IMG/VR virus record: IMGVR_UViG_3300022818_000051
Coordinates: 8,322-72,321 of that record
Strand: one strand, 5' to 3'
Source: a virus
DNA: 64,000 nt
Shown here one piece after another: positions 10,083 through 20,733 of the stretch (position 1 is the stretch's first letter; every line of letters starts with the position of its first letter). A program made the translations under genes and the position numbers. The notes beneath the pieces are model-generated. The model did not search any database, was not told where the DNA came from, and saw only the letters and a program-made list of their open reading frames with translations.

Positions 10083-11420
10083 ATTGGGTTTGATATGTTA
10101 ATTAGATACCTATAAGTACCTGTAGCGGGGTATAGTATTTTTTACAGGGGTTGTAGGATATGGGTTTTTCTGAAAAAAAATAAAAAAAATTTCAGGGTTA
10201 GACCCAGCAAAAAGAAGGATCAATTTTTAAAAAGGGGTGTCCCCTAATGATACCCTGTGTATGTCTGTGGCATGTTATACACTAATAGTACGGTCAATAC
10301 ATTGATGGATAACAGGCATATTGTCCGGAATGGGCTAAAATAGGTCTAAAACAGTCATTCAGGACAGGGGCAAAAAATGTCAAAAGTTTCCTTATTAGGA
10401 AACATTTATATTAAAATCGGTCAACTTGTATATACAACTAAGCACTACAGCCCATCCTATGGCACATTTAATACCAACTTGTATATACAAGTGAAATGTT
10501 AAATGGTAACATTAAGTTAATAAACGGCAACCAGAATCTTAACAAAAGACACAATTACATAACGTCCAATGTTAATTAACTGTTATCTAAACCTTATTAT
10601 AACGTTTCAGGAATCGACTATACACACATATTTTTTGCAGTAATACGCAAATGTAAGTAATTGATTATAACATATATAATACATTACATTGATGTATTAC
10701 TATGTGTATTCTTAAAAATGACAAAAATAACAGGTCAGCACTGTTGTAAAAGTATGTTATATAACATGTTTTTGACCATAAACATTATGTATCAATATGT
10801 TATAATGTTTATATAAAGTAATACTATAATAGGTGTATTAGTGTCTTAATACACTTATCAACCTGCTAAGGCATTCAAAATGTTAAATAAGATGCAAAGT
10901 GCTGATAGATAGCAGTAACTGCAAAATGGGATAAGTGTAAGATGTACACTAATTAATAAGTGTACTATAAACACTAATTATCGCAACTGGATACGAATTC
11001 GCAACTGGAATAAGTGTATTAATAACACTTGTTTCTCGCACCTCTTTTAAATGTACATTATACACTATATAATCAGTGTACATAGAACACTAATAAATAA
11101 GTGTAGAATATACACTATATCAACTGTATACGTATATGTAGTACTAATGTATAAGATGGCAAATAAGGCATAAATAAGCTTGTTTAAGACACGCAAAGGG
11201 TGCAAGGGTATAAACATATATCTGCATGTAAGATAGTGCAATATACGGCAAATGTTAACTATATAATACATTAATGTAAAGTGGGTATATGATGTATATA
11301 TGTGATACATAGGTAGTTATAAGGGTGCAATATTAATTCTGCAATGTGTTAACGTTTATTAACATAGTAACTGGTATCAAATATGGGAATGTGTTGTAAT
11401 ATTGTGCATTGTTTAACTTA
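10083..11420. other. Long non-coding AT-rich region with palindromes at the transcription divergence; possible genome end / packaging region
   Basis: No credible ORFs; CAACTTGTATATACAA twice (10422, 10475); TCGCAACTGGA twice (10981, 10999). Confidence 0.45.
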
Positions 11421-11432
11421 AAACATAAAGAA

Positions 11433-14400
11433 ATGAAAACAAAAGTAGAATCAACAGGCCGGACTTTACGCGCCATTGTTACAACTGTAGTATATAAACA
11501 CATCATACATGTACGTGTACAGTATGCAGATAGAAGCTCAGAAAGTCACATGTATAGGGTTTAACCTCAACCCCTGTTTAACCTCCTATAAAGGGAGGTG
11601 CAAATATCGGATATTTGACAGGGACAAATAACAACAATCTAAAACATAAAACAATGAAAACAAACACAGAACGCGGCCAAATTTTCCAAAGACTTTTAGC
11701 CAAAGATGATAGTAATTTATGGCCTATTTGCAACAAATTTAATGTAACAAAAAGAGCCATAAACAGACTTTATAGGTTCGAGAAAAATTGGGGAGAAAAA
11801 CTTGATGGGTTAGAACTTGAATTGTGGTTGGAAAACGAAATATCTATTATAGTTAATGAAACAGTTTAATAAGTCCGGAAGCGGCAAAAGAAAATGAAAA
11901 CATTAACCATCATCCTACAGTCTTATCTAAACCATGAATACGGCCTTATAAAAATGGCTGAAGTAGTGAACATATACGGCCTGTATATGTGCTGCAAAAA
12001 CGAAAACGGTAAAATGCACCTGAAAGCAAAAATCGGAAATGAAGTGATTGAAGTAACACTATAATAAATAAGCAAAATGAAAACAACTAAAAAATGGTAC
12101 GGTATTGATGCAAGTAACGAAATCTCTTTATTTGAATATGGGTTAATAGTTCGCAACATGAAAAATGACTTACAATGTATTTATAAAAAAGGTGATTCAT
12201 TTTTTTACGGCTGGTTTGATGCATCGGATTTTTTTACAGAGTCTTGGGTGAATTTAGACGATCTTTGCAGCTTTTCAGGGTGTACAATAGAAGACTATAA
12301 AAAAGACAGTCTAAATTTTTGTTTTGACTTACTACAGTATTATGGAGCTGAAAACGTCTTTGGTGGTACGTATATGAATGGATACACCGAAAAGGAAATC
12401 AGAAAAACATTGAACAAAGCACTGAGGTATTAATTTAATAACCCGCAACAATGAAAAAACCATCTTCTTATAAACTCGCAATTTACGCAAACATCGCCAC
12501 GTGGAGTTTTGCGGTTATTGAATTGATTTTTGTAATAATATTAAAAAATTAAACAAATGAAAACAACAAAAGTGACTACAAAAGTGATGTTCACGCATTC
12601 ATACAGCAAAGAGTTTGGGTTTGAGATAACAAAAGATAAACCTGAACGCAAAGTTACTGTTTATTGGGTGTTTTTCAATGATGAGATGGAAAACATAAAA
12701 ATAGAATACACCACGTCGGATAAAAGGTATTGGGTTTTTTCAAGGTCTGAAAGTGTTGATACATGGCTGGAATCAGAATTCTTTGACACAATGGATCAAG
12801 CCAAAGAGTATATTTTACAAAGTTATTTAAAAACAATAGAAATCAAATGAAACCCGGCATTACCGCAAAATTTGACCTACTTTTTAAAGTGTATATAATA
12901 ACCGCCACAACACCCGCCGGCAAAGCTCTACTATACACCTACAACAGCAAACTACATAAGAAGCACACATTTGTAACTGACATAAATAATTTTGTCTCCT
13001 ACGTGCTTAAAAACGGTTTGACTTTTGAAGAAATAATTTAAAACTAAATAATCATGACATTCAAAAATAATCAAATTAGAAATTTAGACTTACAACTATT
13101 CAAACCTCTGAATAATAGTAGACTTGGTGTATCTGTAAAAATCATGCCTTCTAAAATTAAGGGTTGCTTTCAATCTAATTTTTCAAGTGTAAAAATATCC
13201 ATTGATAATTATTGCATCGGTAAAACATGTAATGGTTCTGATTTTTCAGAAAACGAAAGCATGGTAAAAAATATTGTTTTGAATTACTATAATAAATTTG
13301 AAGGATTATGATACGCAAATTTACCCGCTTCTTAACCTCAGACAAACCGCTACAAATAACATTATGGGTTTGTATGGCTGCGATGATTGGAATGACTGTA
13401 ATAGGACTGAATAAATAGGAATTGAACGATTAACTAATAAACGAACAAAATGGAAACGAACAAAATGGAAACGAACAAAAAGTATAATCTACAGCATGAA
13501 AGGGAGTTTTATGAGGCTGCAAAGCTGAAAAAATGGGAGGTTTTGCCGCAAATGGACGGCTGCAATTTGAAAGTAGGTGACTTGGTGACATTTACGAATG
13601 ATGCCGGAAACGTATTTGAACACCATAAAGTATTGGGTTTCTGTGCACCCAAATATGATAGGTGTGTTTATATTAACTATGACTGTTATTGGTTTCCAAC
13701 AAAAATTAACAACTTAAAAATAGAAAAGAAATGAAAACAAACTACAAAACCCGCTTAAAATCAATAGAAGAACTTCTTTATTGGTTTATAAGCCACAAAA
13801 CAAGTGAACACGAAAACAGGACAGGTATAAAAGTCAACTGTTACTTGATTTTAAACAATGATTATTTAACATCATTGAATGGAATGCTGAAAAAGAACGG
13901 GTACATAGGGTTAACTTCTGATTTTTACTGGTTTAACGTCTTAACCTTATCAAGTGTGAGTTATTGTGAAGGTGATGTTTATATCCTGCTTTATGACAAC
14001 GTCGAACAATACGAAAGCGAACTACAAAGAACAAAGGAATTTATAATAAATGGATAACATGGAAACAACAACAAAATATTGTGAGTATTCGGATACTATC
14101 AGAATAATGCCACAAAATTACTGTTTACTTTACAGAAACGGCGGCGCATGGACTTTATATTTTGATGCCGCAATTAGTCCAGAAATACTACATAAAACAC
14201 TGGATTTTCTTTTGATTCATACAAATAAGTTTCAAAAGGATGGGGACAGGACAGCAAACGAATTGAATGAGTTTTTAAACAAATAATAAATAAACGAACA
14301 TGAAAGGATTAACAGTTGAAGTCTATAGGGACACAATAACAGGCAATTGCAGCATGGACGGCATTACAAGCAGAGTGAACCATATTTTACTGGTAGACGG

Positions 14401-17400
14401 CAAAATGGGCGGGTTGTACGAGCCAAAGGAGGATGAGGTGTATTTGAGACTTATAAGACGGCAAATATGGTCAAATAGGCCTGAATATATCCATGCCGTC
14501 CCAATGGTGAACGGCCACGAATTATGTCCGTCGGGTTGTTCCCCTTGCTTCGGCGGCTGCTTTGTTTATAGTTCTGATTCAAGGTTTCACGAATTGAACG
14601 ATTACCCAATTCCTGTACATGACAGGTTTGAACATTAATAATTAACCAACAACTAAACAAATGAAAACAAACATAATCACTGGTGTTGACCCCTCCCGCG
14701 TCCAGCAGAATAAACCCGCATTTTTTGTAAGCTGGACGGAAAACGAACAACGGCAATATTTCTTTCATTCGCTAAGGTTCGTTATTGAGGATAAAGCGAA
14801 TGAGTTAAGAGGGAGCAGCACAGCCAAACCCGCATGAACAGGGCAAAGATTACAAATGTATACAACGAATTTACAAAAGTTATCAACACAATTAACAAAA
14901 CGAAACGATGAAAAGATTAACAGAATCAGACAAATTTGACATCATCCTGTCTAAAAACAGGCTTGCAAGAGAATTGAAACGGCTTTATCAGATGGTAGGT
15001 GAACGGCCAAATAATTCGGTGACACTGTTTGACCTGTCCGAAATTGAACGGGCAACAGGAACAATGAATCAGCCTGATTGTGAGGAAATACTGTGTTCGG
15101 AAATGGATATTTAACTATTAAAACAGCAAAAAACAATGAAAACAATTAGAAAAACAGGCACAAAGGCAACCTATTTTAAAGGCAATTTCTATCTATATGA
15201 ATGCGGAGCAAACTGGGCTTCACCAATAAGCTTTCCTACAGTTTTTGTAGCTTATGGCAAAGGTGTTTGCTCAGGATATTGGCAGGCTTGCACTGGAATA
15301 AATACGCCCGAATATGTTATCAACCATTATTTCAATAGAGAAAGAGGCATACTAAATAATTTTTGGGACAGTGTTTTTGATTTGGAAAAAATAACATGGG
15401 CGGATGTCAATGCGGATAAACAGAATGTATTGAATTTAATTAATCTTGCCAATAACGAACTTTTAAAACTAAACGAATTATGAGAACAAAACTAACAGAA
15501 CAACAAATTTACGAAGTTATTTGCAGTGTTCGGGATTATTATTTAACAGAAAAACCCTTAGATTATGGATTCTGTTTTATATTAATAATCCGCCATAATC
15601 TTTTCTATAGCAGGGAAAAAAAACCCTATCTTGATTTTATCCGAAAATATGGCAACTTTCACAAACGGATATTTTTTAGAAGCAGCGATGATAATGATGC
15701 TAAAACCAAAGACAACACGCAGTTTTGGTTTCCACAGCGGGCGATTCAGCCCCGCATTGACCTGCTGAACAAGGCAATTAGTAATTATCTGAACAGCTTA
15801 ACACAACCCGAACCATGAACCCCCACGAAATCGAACAAATCCTGCGCGAAAACATTGCCGCATTGGATAAGCTGAAGGAAATATATGACGAGTATTTCTT
15901 GCCCGGAAATGATGAAATCATACTGTCTACCGTCGCCGATTGTGACCTAATCCACGCTGATGACATTAACCCTTATTGGGTTGACGAGAAACTGAACGAG
16001 TTAAGAAATAAATTATTATCTTTACCGCTATGACCCTCTCCGATATCCGCCGCATGGTACAGCAGGGCATCGCTGTGCATTACCTAAACAACCAGTACGC
16101 CGTCGAACAGCTTGGCCGTGAACTGATTGTACGAAACATAAACACCCGCGACCATTTTTTCTTGACCGATTCAACAGGTATTGTGCTGAACGGGAGGGAG
16201 GAATGGTTTTATAAAGAAAAAGAAACAACAGCTAAAAACTAAACGAAACAAGATGGAAACGACAAAACTAAAAGAAATAATCGCAAAATATAAATCTTTA
16301 TTGATTGCAAAAGAAGGGGATGAATTTATTTTTATCTCCAACACGAACAAAGGATGGGTTAATGCGTTTGAAAAAGAATGCGAAGACGCTGGAATAAATT
16401 TATACTACACAACTGCTTGGGGCGGGAAGGATTATAAAATATATAAGGAATTGGAAAAACAAACCAAACTAAAAGAAACATGGAACACAATGACTGTTCC
16501 CGACTTGTGCATCTCGTGTCATGCCGAACCCCGCTATACCGCCGCCGAAATACTCGCCGCCGCTGAAGAGGGAGAAGTGTGCATGATAGATGCTGAATAT
16601 ATAGTAACGGTATTGCAAAGAACTAAAACAACTGAAAAATGAAAAAGCCAACTCTTTATTATCTCATTTCCTGCATCACCGATGGTGCATGGGGAATCTA
16701 TGCCACGTCTGACAACCCAAAACAACTCGGACAAGTGGCCGTATCTGAACTGACCTTAAACGCTGAATCACAGGAAGGGTGGTTTCTGCGTGAACTATTG
16801 AAGAATGTGAAAATTGTGTCTGAAAAAGAGGCGCGGAAATATGGAATTGTAACGAAATAAAACGAAACAAAATGTGGAAAAGTATAATGATTATTGCGTT
16901 AATATGCGCAGGGTTACAATGGTTTCTATTTGCCCTGTGTCTACACACTCAGGGGCGTTTTAGCTGGGTTATATTCGTGCAAGCAATTGTGTGGACATTA
17001 TGGGGGATATACTGTGTTTATCGTAATCATAAATTTTATAAAAACTAATATCATGTGGCTAATAACAGTACTTATAATCGTGTTCGGCGTATTGCTGGGC
17101 ATAGGGGAGATATTTAAATAACAAATGAAATGAAAAAAGGATTAATTATTACAAAAAACCTATGTATGTATATTATAGGTGTTATAATTTTCGCAGTGAT
17201 TCTTCATTTACCTACAAAAGAACCATTGCCCGAGTGTTTTTCAATTATTGTCGGTATCTTATGGGCTGTCTTTTTTTGGACAAAGGCAATATTAGAGTTA
17301 ATAAATATAAAGGAGGACGGCAAATGAAAACCCAATTCATCCTGTCCATCGCCGCTACATTTGCGGCATGGTATGTCTATCAGGCGACCGAATGGAACGT

Positions 17401-17570
17401 GGCATTGTGTGCCGCAATAGTACTGTCCTGCTATGCAGGGTGGTGTGTTTATCGGTTCATGAAAAACTAAACGAAAATGAAAAAACTAATAGCAAAAATC
17501 AGATGGCGTTTAGCCCTAAAGAAAATAACCCTGCCCGAAGCCGAATGGAAGGCTGGTAGATGTCTAAAAT
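11433..17570 (+). other. Early-gene array of about 25 short hypothetical ORFs (e.g. 11633-11869, 12077-12433, 12557-12850, 13054-13311, 13450-13734, 13731-14057, 14300-14638, 15136-15483, 15480-15818, 16253-16642)
   Basis: Tightly packed co-oriented 40-130 aa ORFs, many starting MKT, with A-rich leaders; typical of host-takeover regions. Confidence 0.7.
13440..13480 (+). repeat. 15-bp tandem repeat (AACGAACAAAATGGA, about 2.7 copies) spanning a start codon
   Basis: Seen directly; gives the METNK-METNK N-terminus. Confidence 0.85.
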
Positions 17571-17643
17571 GCGATGGATACCCCAAATGCCCCGAATTCG
17601 GATGTCCCTGTAATTTTCATCAGTGTCTTATATTTAGAAAGCC

Positions 17644-18393
17644 ATGATATACAAATATATTCGCTTCAGCACCGATTCTCAAGATCAGAAGCAACAGGAG
17701 CACACAATAGACGCATGGCTCGCTGCACGTGGAATGACGGCGGACAATACAGTCAAGGATGAGGGTGTGTCTGGTGGTGTGTCCTATAAGTCCCGAAATC
17801 TTTTGGGGCTTGTGCGGTCGCTGGCTCTGGGCGATACCCTGATAGTCTCCGAGATAAGCCGAATAACCCGTTCAGGCTTTGGGGAATTAAACGAACTGAT
17901 TCAGAAATATTTCAAACCCAATCGCCTCAGGCTGGTAATCTGCAACGTGGGACTGGACATAAACTGCTCATCCATTGATGCCATGACCGAATTGCAACTG
18001 TCCATGCTGGCGATATTCGCAAAAATGGAAAAGGAACTGATTGTCGGGCGGACGATTGCTGGACTGGGTGCGAGGCGTGAGCTATTGAAAAAGAACGGCG
18101 GCTGGACATCAAAGGCAGGCAACTGGACGACTGGATTTGGCGCACCCAAAGGTCGCCGCTTGTGCGAACTGGCGTCGGACAATTCCGTAGCAACAAGGCG
18201 CAAAAAAGTATCGGACGACCCGCAGCGGCGACAACTATACGAACTGATACAAAATCTGCGCTCCCGTGGCGACACAATGCAGGCGATTACAGACACTCTG
18301 AATAATCTTGGATACAAAGCACCAAAGGGCGGGCTATGGACGCAGGGACAGGTATCAAGGGTGGTGAATGAAGAGGGGAAATATTTTGACTAA
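17644..18393 (+). CDS. Serine recombinase (resolvase/invertase family) with C-terminal DNA-binding domain
   Basis: YIRFST (catalytic Ser), DEGVSG, GDTLIVSEISRITR, E..LI..RT..GL. Confidence 0.9.
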   Translation: MIYKYIRFSTDSQDQKQQEHTIDAWLAARGMTADNTVKDEGVSGGVSYKSRNLLGLVRSLALGDTLIVSEISRITRSGFGELNELIQKYFKPNRLRLVICNVGLDINCSSIDAMTELQLSMLAIFAKMEKELIVGRTIAGLGARRELLKKNGGWTSKAGNWTTGFGAPKGRRLCELASDNSVATRRKKVSDDPQRRQLYELIQNLRSRGDTMQAITDTLNNLGYKAPKGGLWTQGQVSRVVNEEGKYFD

Positions 18394-18476
18394 TAAGCGA
18401 AACCCGTCAGGGATTCTCAAAAACAGGAAGTGAAACGTATCAAAAACAGGTAATGAAACTTAATAAATGAACGAAT

Positions 18477-18722
18477 ATGAAAAAATTTAATGTCAACGAC
18501 AAGATGTACATCCAAATTACTGAAAAAGGATGGAAGCATTTAAAAGAAACAGTGGGCGATGACTATGTTAAGCATTGCATTAAGCCTTATGAGGTAACGA
18601 GAAACGGCGAAACGTGGTACAACCTCCAGTGTTGGGGTGCATTTGATTTGCTTCCGAGTAATTTTGGTGGACAGCCATTATTTAAGACAAATGTGATGTT
18701 CGATGATGATGTTTTATCATGA
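18477..18722 (+). CDS. hypothetical phage protein
   Basis: FNVND..YIQIT..G pattern; ORF with A-rich leader. Confidence 0.6.
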   Translation: MKKFNVNDKMYIQITEKGWKHLKETVGDDYVKHCIKPYEVTRNGETWYNLQCWGAFDLLPSNFGGQPLFKTNVMFDDDVLS

Positions 18723-19140
18723 AAGCAATTATCGAAATCAAACCCGACAGTCAAAATACTGGCATCTGGTTTATGAAAGGCAGAACAAATATCACATGGG
18801 ACGACCTGAGTAGGGAAGAACAGGTGGCGATACTGAATGAGATGCTCGGATTCTACGACTTGTTTGTGGGGTGCGTAAAACCCGAACCATCATGAAAAAC
18901 TATATGTGGGCTGTACATACTGGCCTGATATACCATGAAGGATTTGTCACGTCCGTATATGATAGGAAACAGGATGCTGAACGTGACATTCGGGCTAATG
19001 GATGCAGGTTTGACAAGAAGCAGGGTATATTTGTGAATGACAGGCAGTGTCTGTGGTGGTATGAAATCAAGAAGGTGGATAGGAATGTGTTATAGTATGT
19101 TAAAAACGTTAAATAGATAGGATAAGTGAAATGAATGTAG

Positions 19141-19148
19141 TAATTTTG
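19141..19148 (+). promoter_or_regulatory. TAnnTTTG promoter box, duplicated at 20712-20719
   Basis: Part of a ~90-bp homologous block at 19099-19184 and 20669-20754. Confidence 0.6.
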
Positions 19149-19162
19149 ATAAAAAGTAGAAT

Positions 19163-19402
19163 ATGACCGACCCATCCCTTCCCCGCACCTTTATAATAGA
19201 CTACACTGTCTATTTCCTGAACGGACAATCCGAACAGCACACGACCAAAGTTAAGGGTTGCACGACCGACCTGTTCGCTAAGTTAAAACTCGAAGTTTGG
19301 CTATGTAAAAAATATTCGGGAATGGAGCGGATGGAAATACAAAAGTGCAGGGAGTGGACGGCGGTGAATGAATTATTTAACGGATTTGGAATGAAATTTT
19401 GA
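19163..19402 (+). CDS. hypothetical phage protein
   Basis: Follows promoter; stop codon overlaps the TnpB element right end. Confidence 0.6.
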   Translation: MTDPSLPRTFIIDYTVYFLNGQSEQHTTKVKGCTTDLFAKLKLEVWLCKKYSGMERMEIQKCREWTAVNELFNGFGMKF

Positions 19403-20660
19403 ACGCCTATCCCCTGAAAGGCTAGCCTCAAGGACTAAACCAAAAGTTTAACCTTGAATTTTTCTTCCTTCATAGTCCCGGCTAATGCTGGCAACTCCAG
19501 AAGCTCTTCGGGGCGTTCCACCCCTGAATATTTTAGTAATCCCCAATCCAAAATATTGAGAGCAGCATTTTTATCACGCAATACCAACTCCCCACACTTG
19601 GGGCAAATCCATGTTCGATCTGCAAGGGTTAAATCCTTATTGATATATCCACATCTATTATGTATTTTGCTACTGGGGTCGAATCGTCCTATTTCGAGTA
19701 CATTCTTTCCCCTCCATTCTGATTTATATTTCAAAAATGTCACAAACATCCCCCAACCTGCATCACTAATGGATAGGGCGAGATGATGATTTTTTATCAT
19801 ATTTTTCGGGGATAAATTCTCAATGCAAATAGTATCATATTGCTTGGTTATTGCATCTGACGCTTTATGCAAGAAATCCTTTCTTTGGTTGGTTACTTTT
19901 TCGTATAATTTGGCTACTTTGTAATTTGCTTCTTTGCGATTATTGCTTCCTTTTAATTTACGAGAAGCCCTATGTTGCAACACTTTTAATCTTTTCAAGG
20001 ATTTTCGCAAACATTTTGGGTTCTCAATTTCAGCACCATTAGAGAGTACCGCAAAAGTTTTTATTCCTAAATCAATACCTATGGATGTTTTTTTGTCCAT
20101 AGGCTTTTTATCTGGTATATTAATTCCTGTTTCGATTAGTATGGAGACGAAATATTTATTGGTCGGGGTTTTACTAATAGTTGCGCTTCGGATGATTCCA
20201 TTTAATGGACGGCAGAGTACCATCTTGATTCCATTTTTGAATTTTGGAATGTATAAGCAATCGCTTTTAATGGTTATTTTCTGTGGGCAATGAAATGACT
20301 GATTATTGGATTTCTTTTTAAAGTTTGGGAATTTAGCTCGGCCTTTGAAAAAATTATTATATGCGCTATCTAAATTAAGTAGGGAATATTGCAATGATTG
20401 ACTATTAACCTCTCTTAACCATTCATGTTCAACCTTTAATCCCCTTAATTGCGCTTGTAAATCATATCTGGAAAGAGTAATTCCTGATGTTGAATATGCC
20501 TCTGTTTTTCTGCTTAATGCAAGATTGTAGATAAATCGGACACAACCAAAATGTTTAGCCATTAATTCCTTTTGGGAATTATCAGGATATAGTCGATATT
20601 TATTAGCCTTCAACATATAACAAAGGTACAATAAATATTTAACAAAAACAAGCATTTTGG
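19399..20660 (-). mobile_element. TnpB-only IS200/IS605-type (IS1341-like) element; left end uncertain
   Basis: Right-end-like GAGGCTAGCCTTTCAGGGGATAGGCGTTCAA; lower GC; opposite orientation to flanking genes; no tnpA. Confidence 0.65.
19435..20616 (-). CDS. tnpB: RNA-guided endonuclease TnpB (start MLKANKYRLYP)
   Basis: KYRLYP...FGCVRFIYN, RuvC D (GIDLG), E (IENL), D (RDKNAA), zinc ribbon CPKCG. Confidence 0.95.
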   Translation of the reverse strand: MLKANKYRLYPDNSQKELMAKHFGCVRFIYNLALSRKTEAYSTSGITLSRYDLQAQLRGLKVEHEWLREVNSQSLQYSLLNLDSAYNNFFKGRAKFPNFKKKSNNQSFHCPQKITIKSDCLYIPKFKNGIKMVLCRPLNGIIRSATISKTPTNKYFVSILIETGINIPDKKPMDKKTSIGIDLGIKTFAVLSNGAEIENPKCLRKSLKRLKVLQHRASRKLKGSNNRKEANYKVAKLYEKVTNQRKDFLHKASDAITKQYDTICIENLSPKNMIKNHHLALSISDAGWGMFVTFLKYKSEWRGKNVLEIGRFDPSSKIHNRCGYINKDLTLADRTWICPKCGELVLRDKNAALNILDWGLLKYSGVERPEELLELPALAGTMKEEKFKVKLLV

Positions 20661-20733
20661 TTAAAAATATTTAAAAGTGTTAAAAAGATAGGATAAATGA
20701 AATTGAATTAGTAATTTTGAAGAAAAATAGATC

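Noticed and set aside
9773-11310. ORFs 9773-10063 and 11065-11310
   Set aside because: Low-complexity translations of repeat or TA-rich non-coding DNA
17644-20616. Serine recombinase plus TnpB as an IS607 element
   Set aside because: Genes are convergent and separated by several phage ORFs; the recombinase lacks the N-terminal MerR-type HTH of IS607 TnpA
19383-20708. TnpB guide targeting the neighbouring promoter (shared AATGAAATT)
   Set aside because: Only a 9-nt AT-rich match, expected by chance
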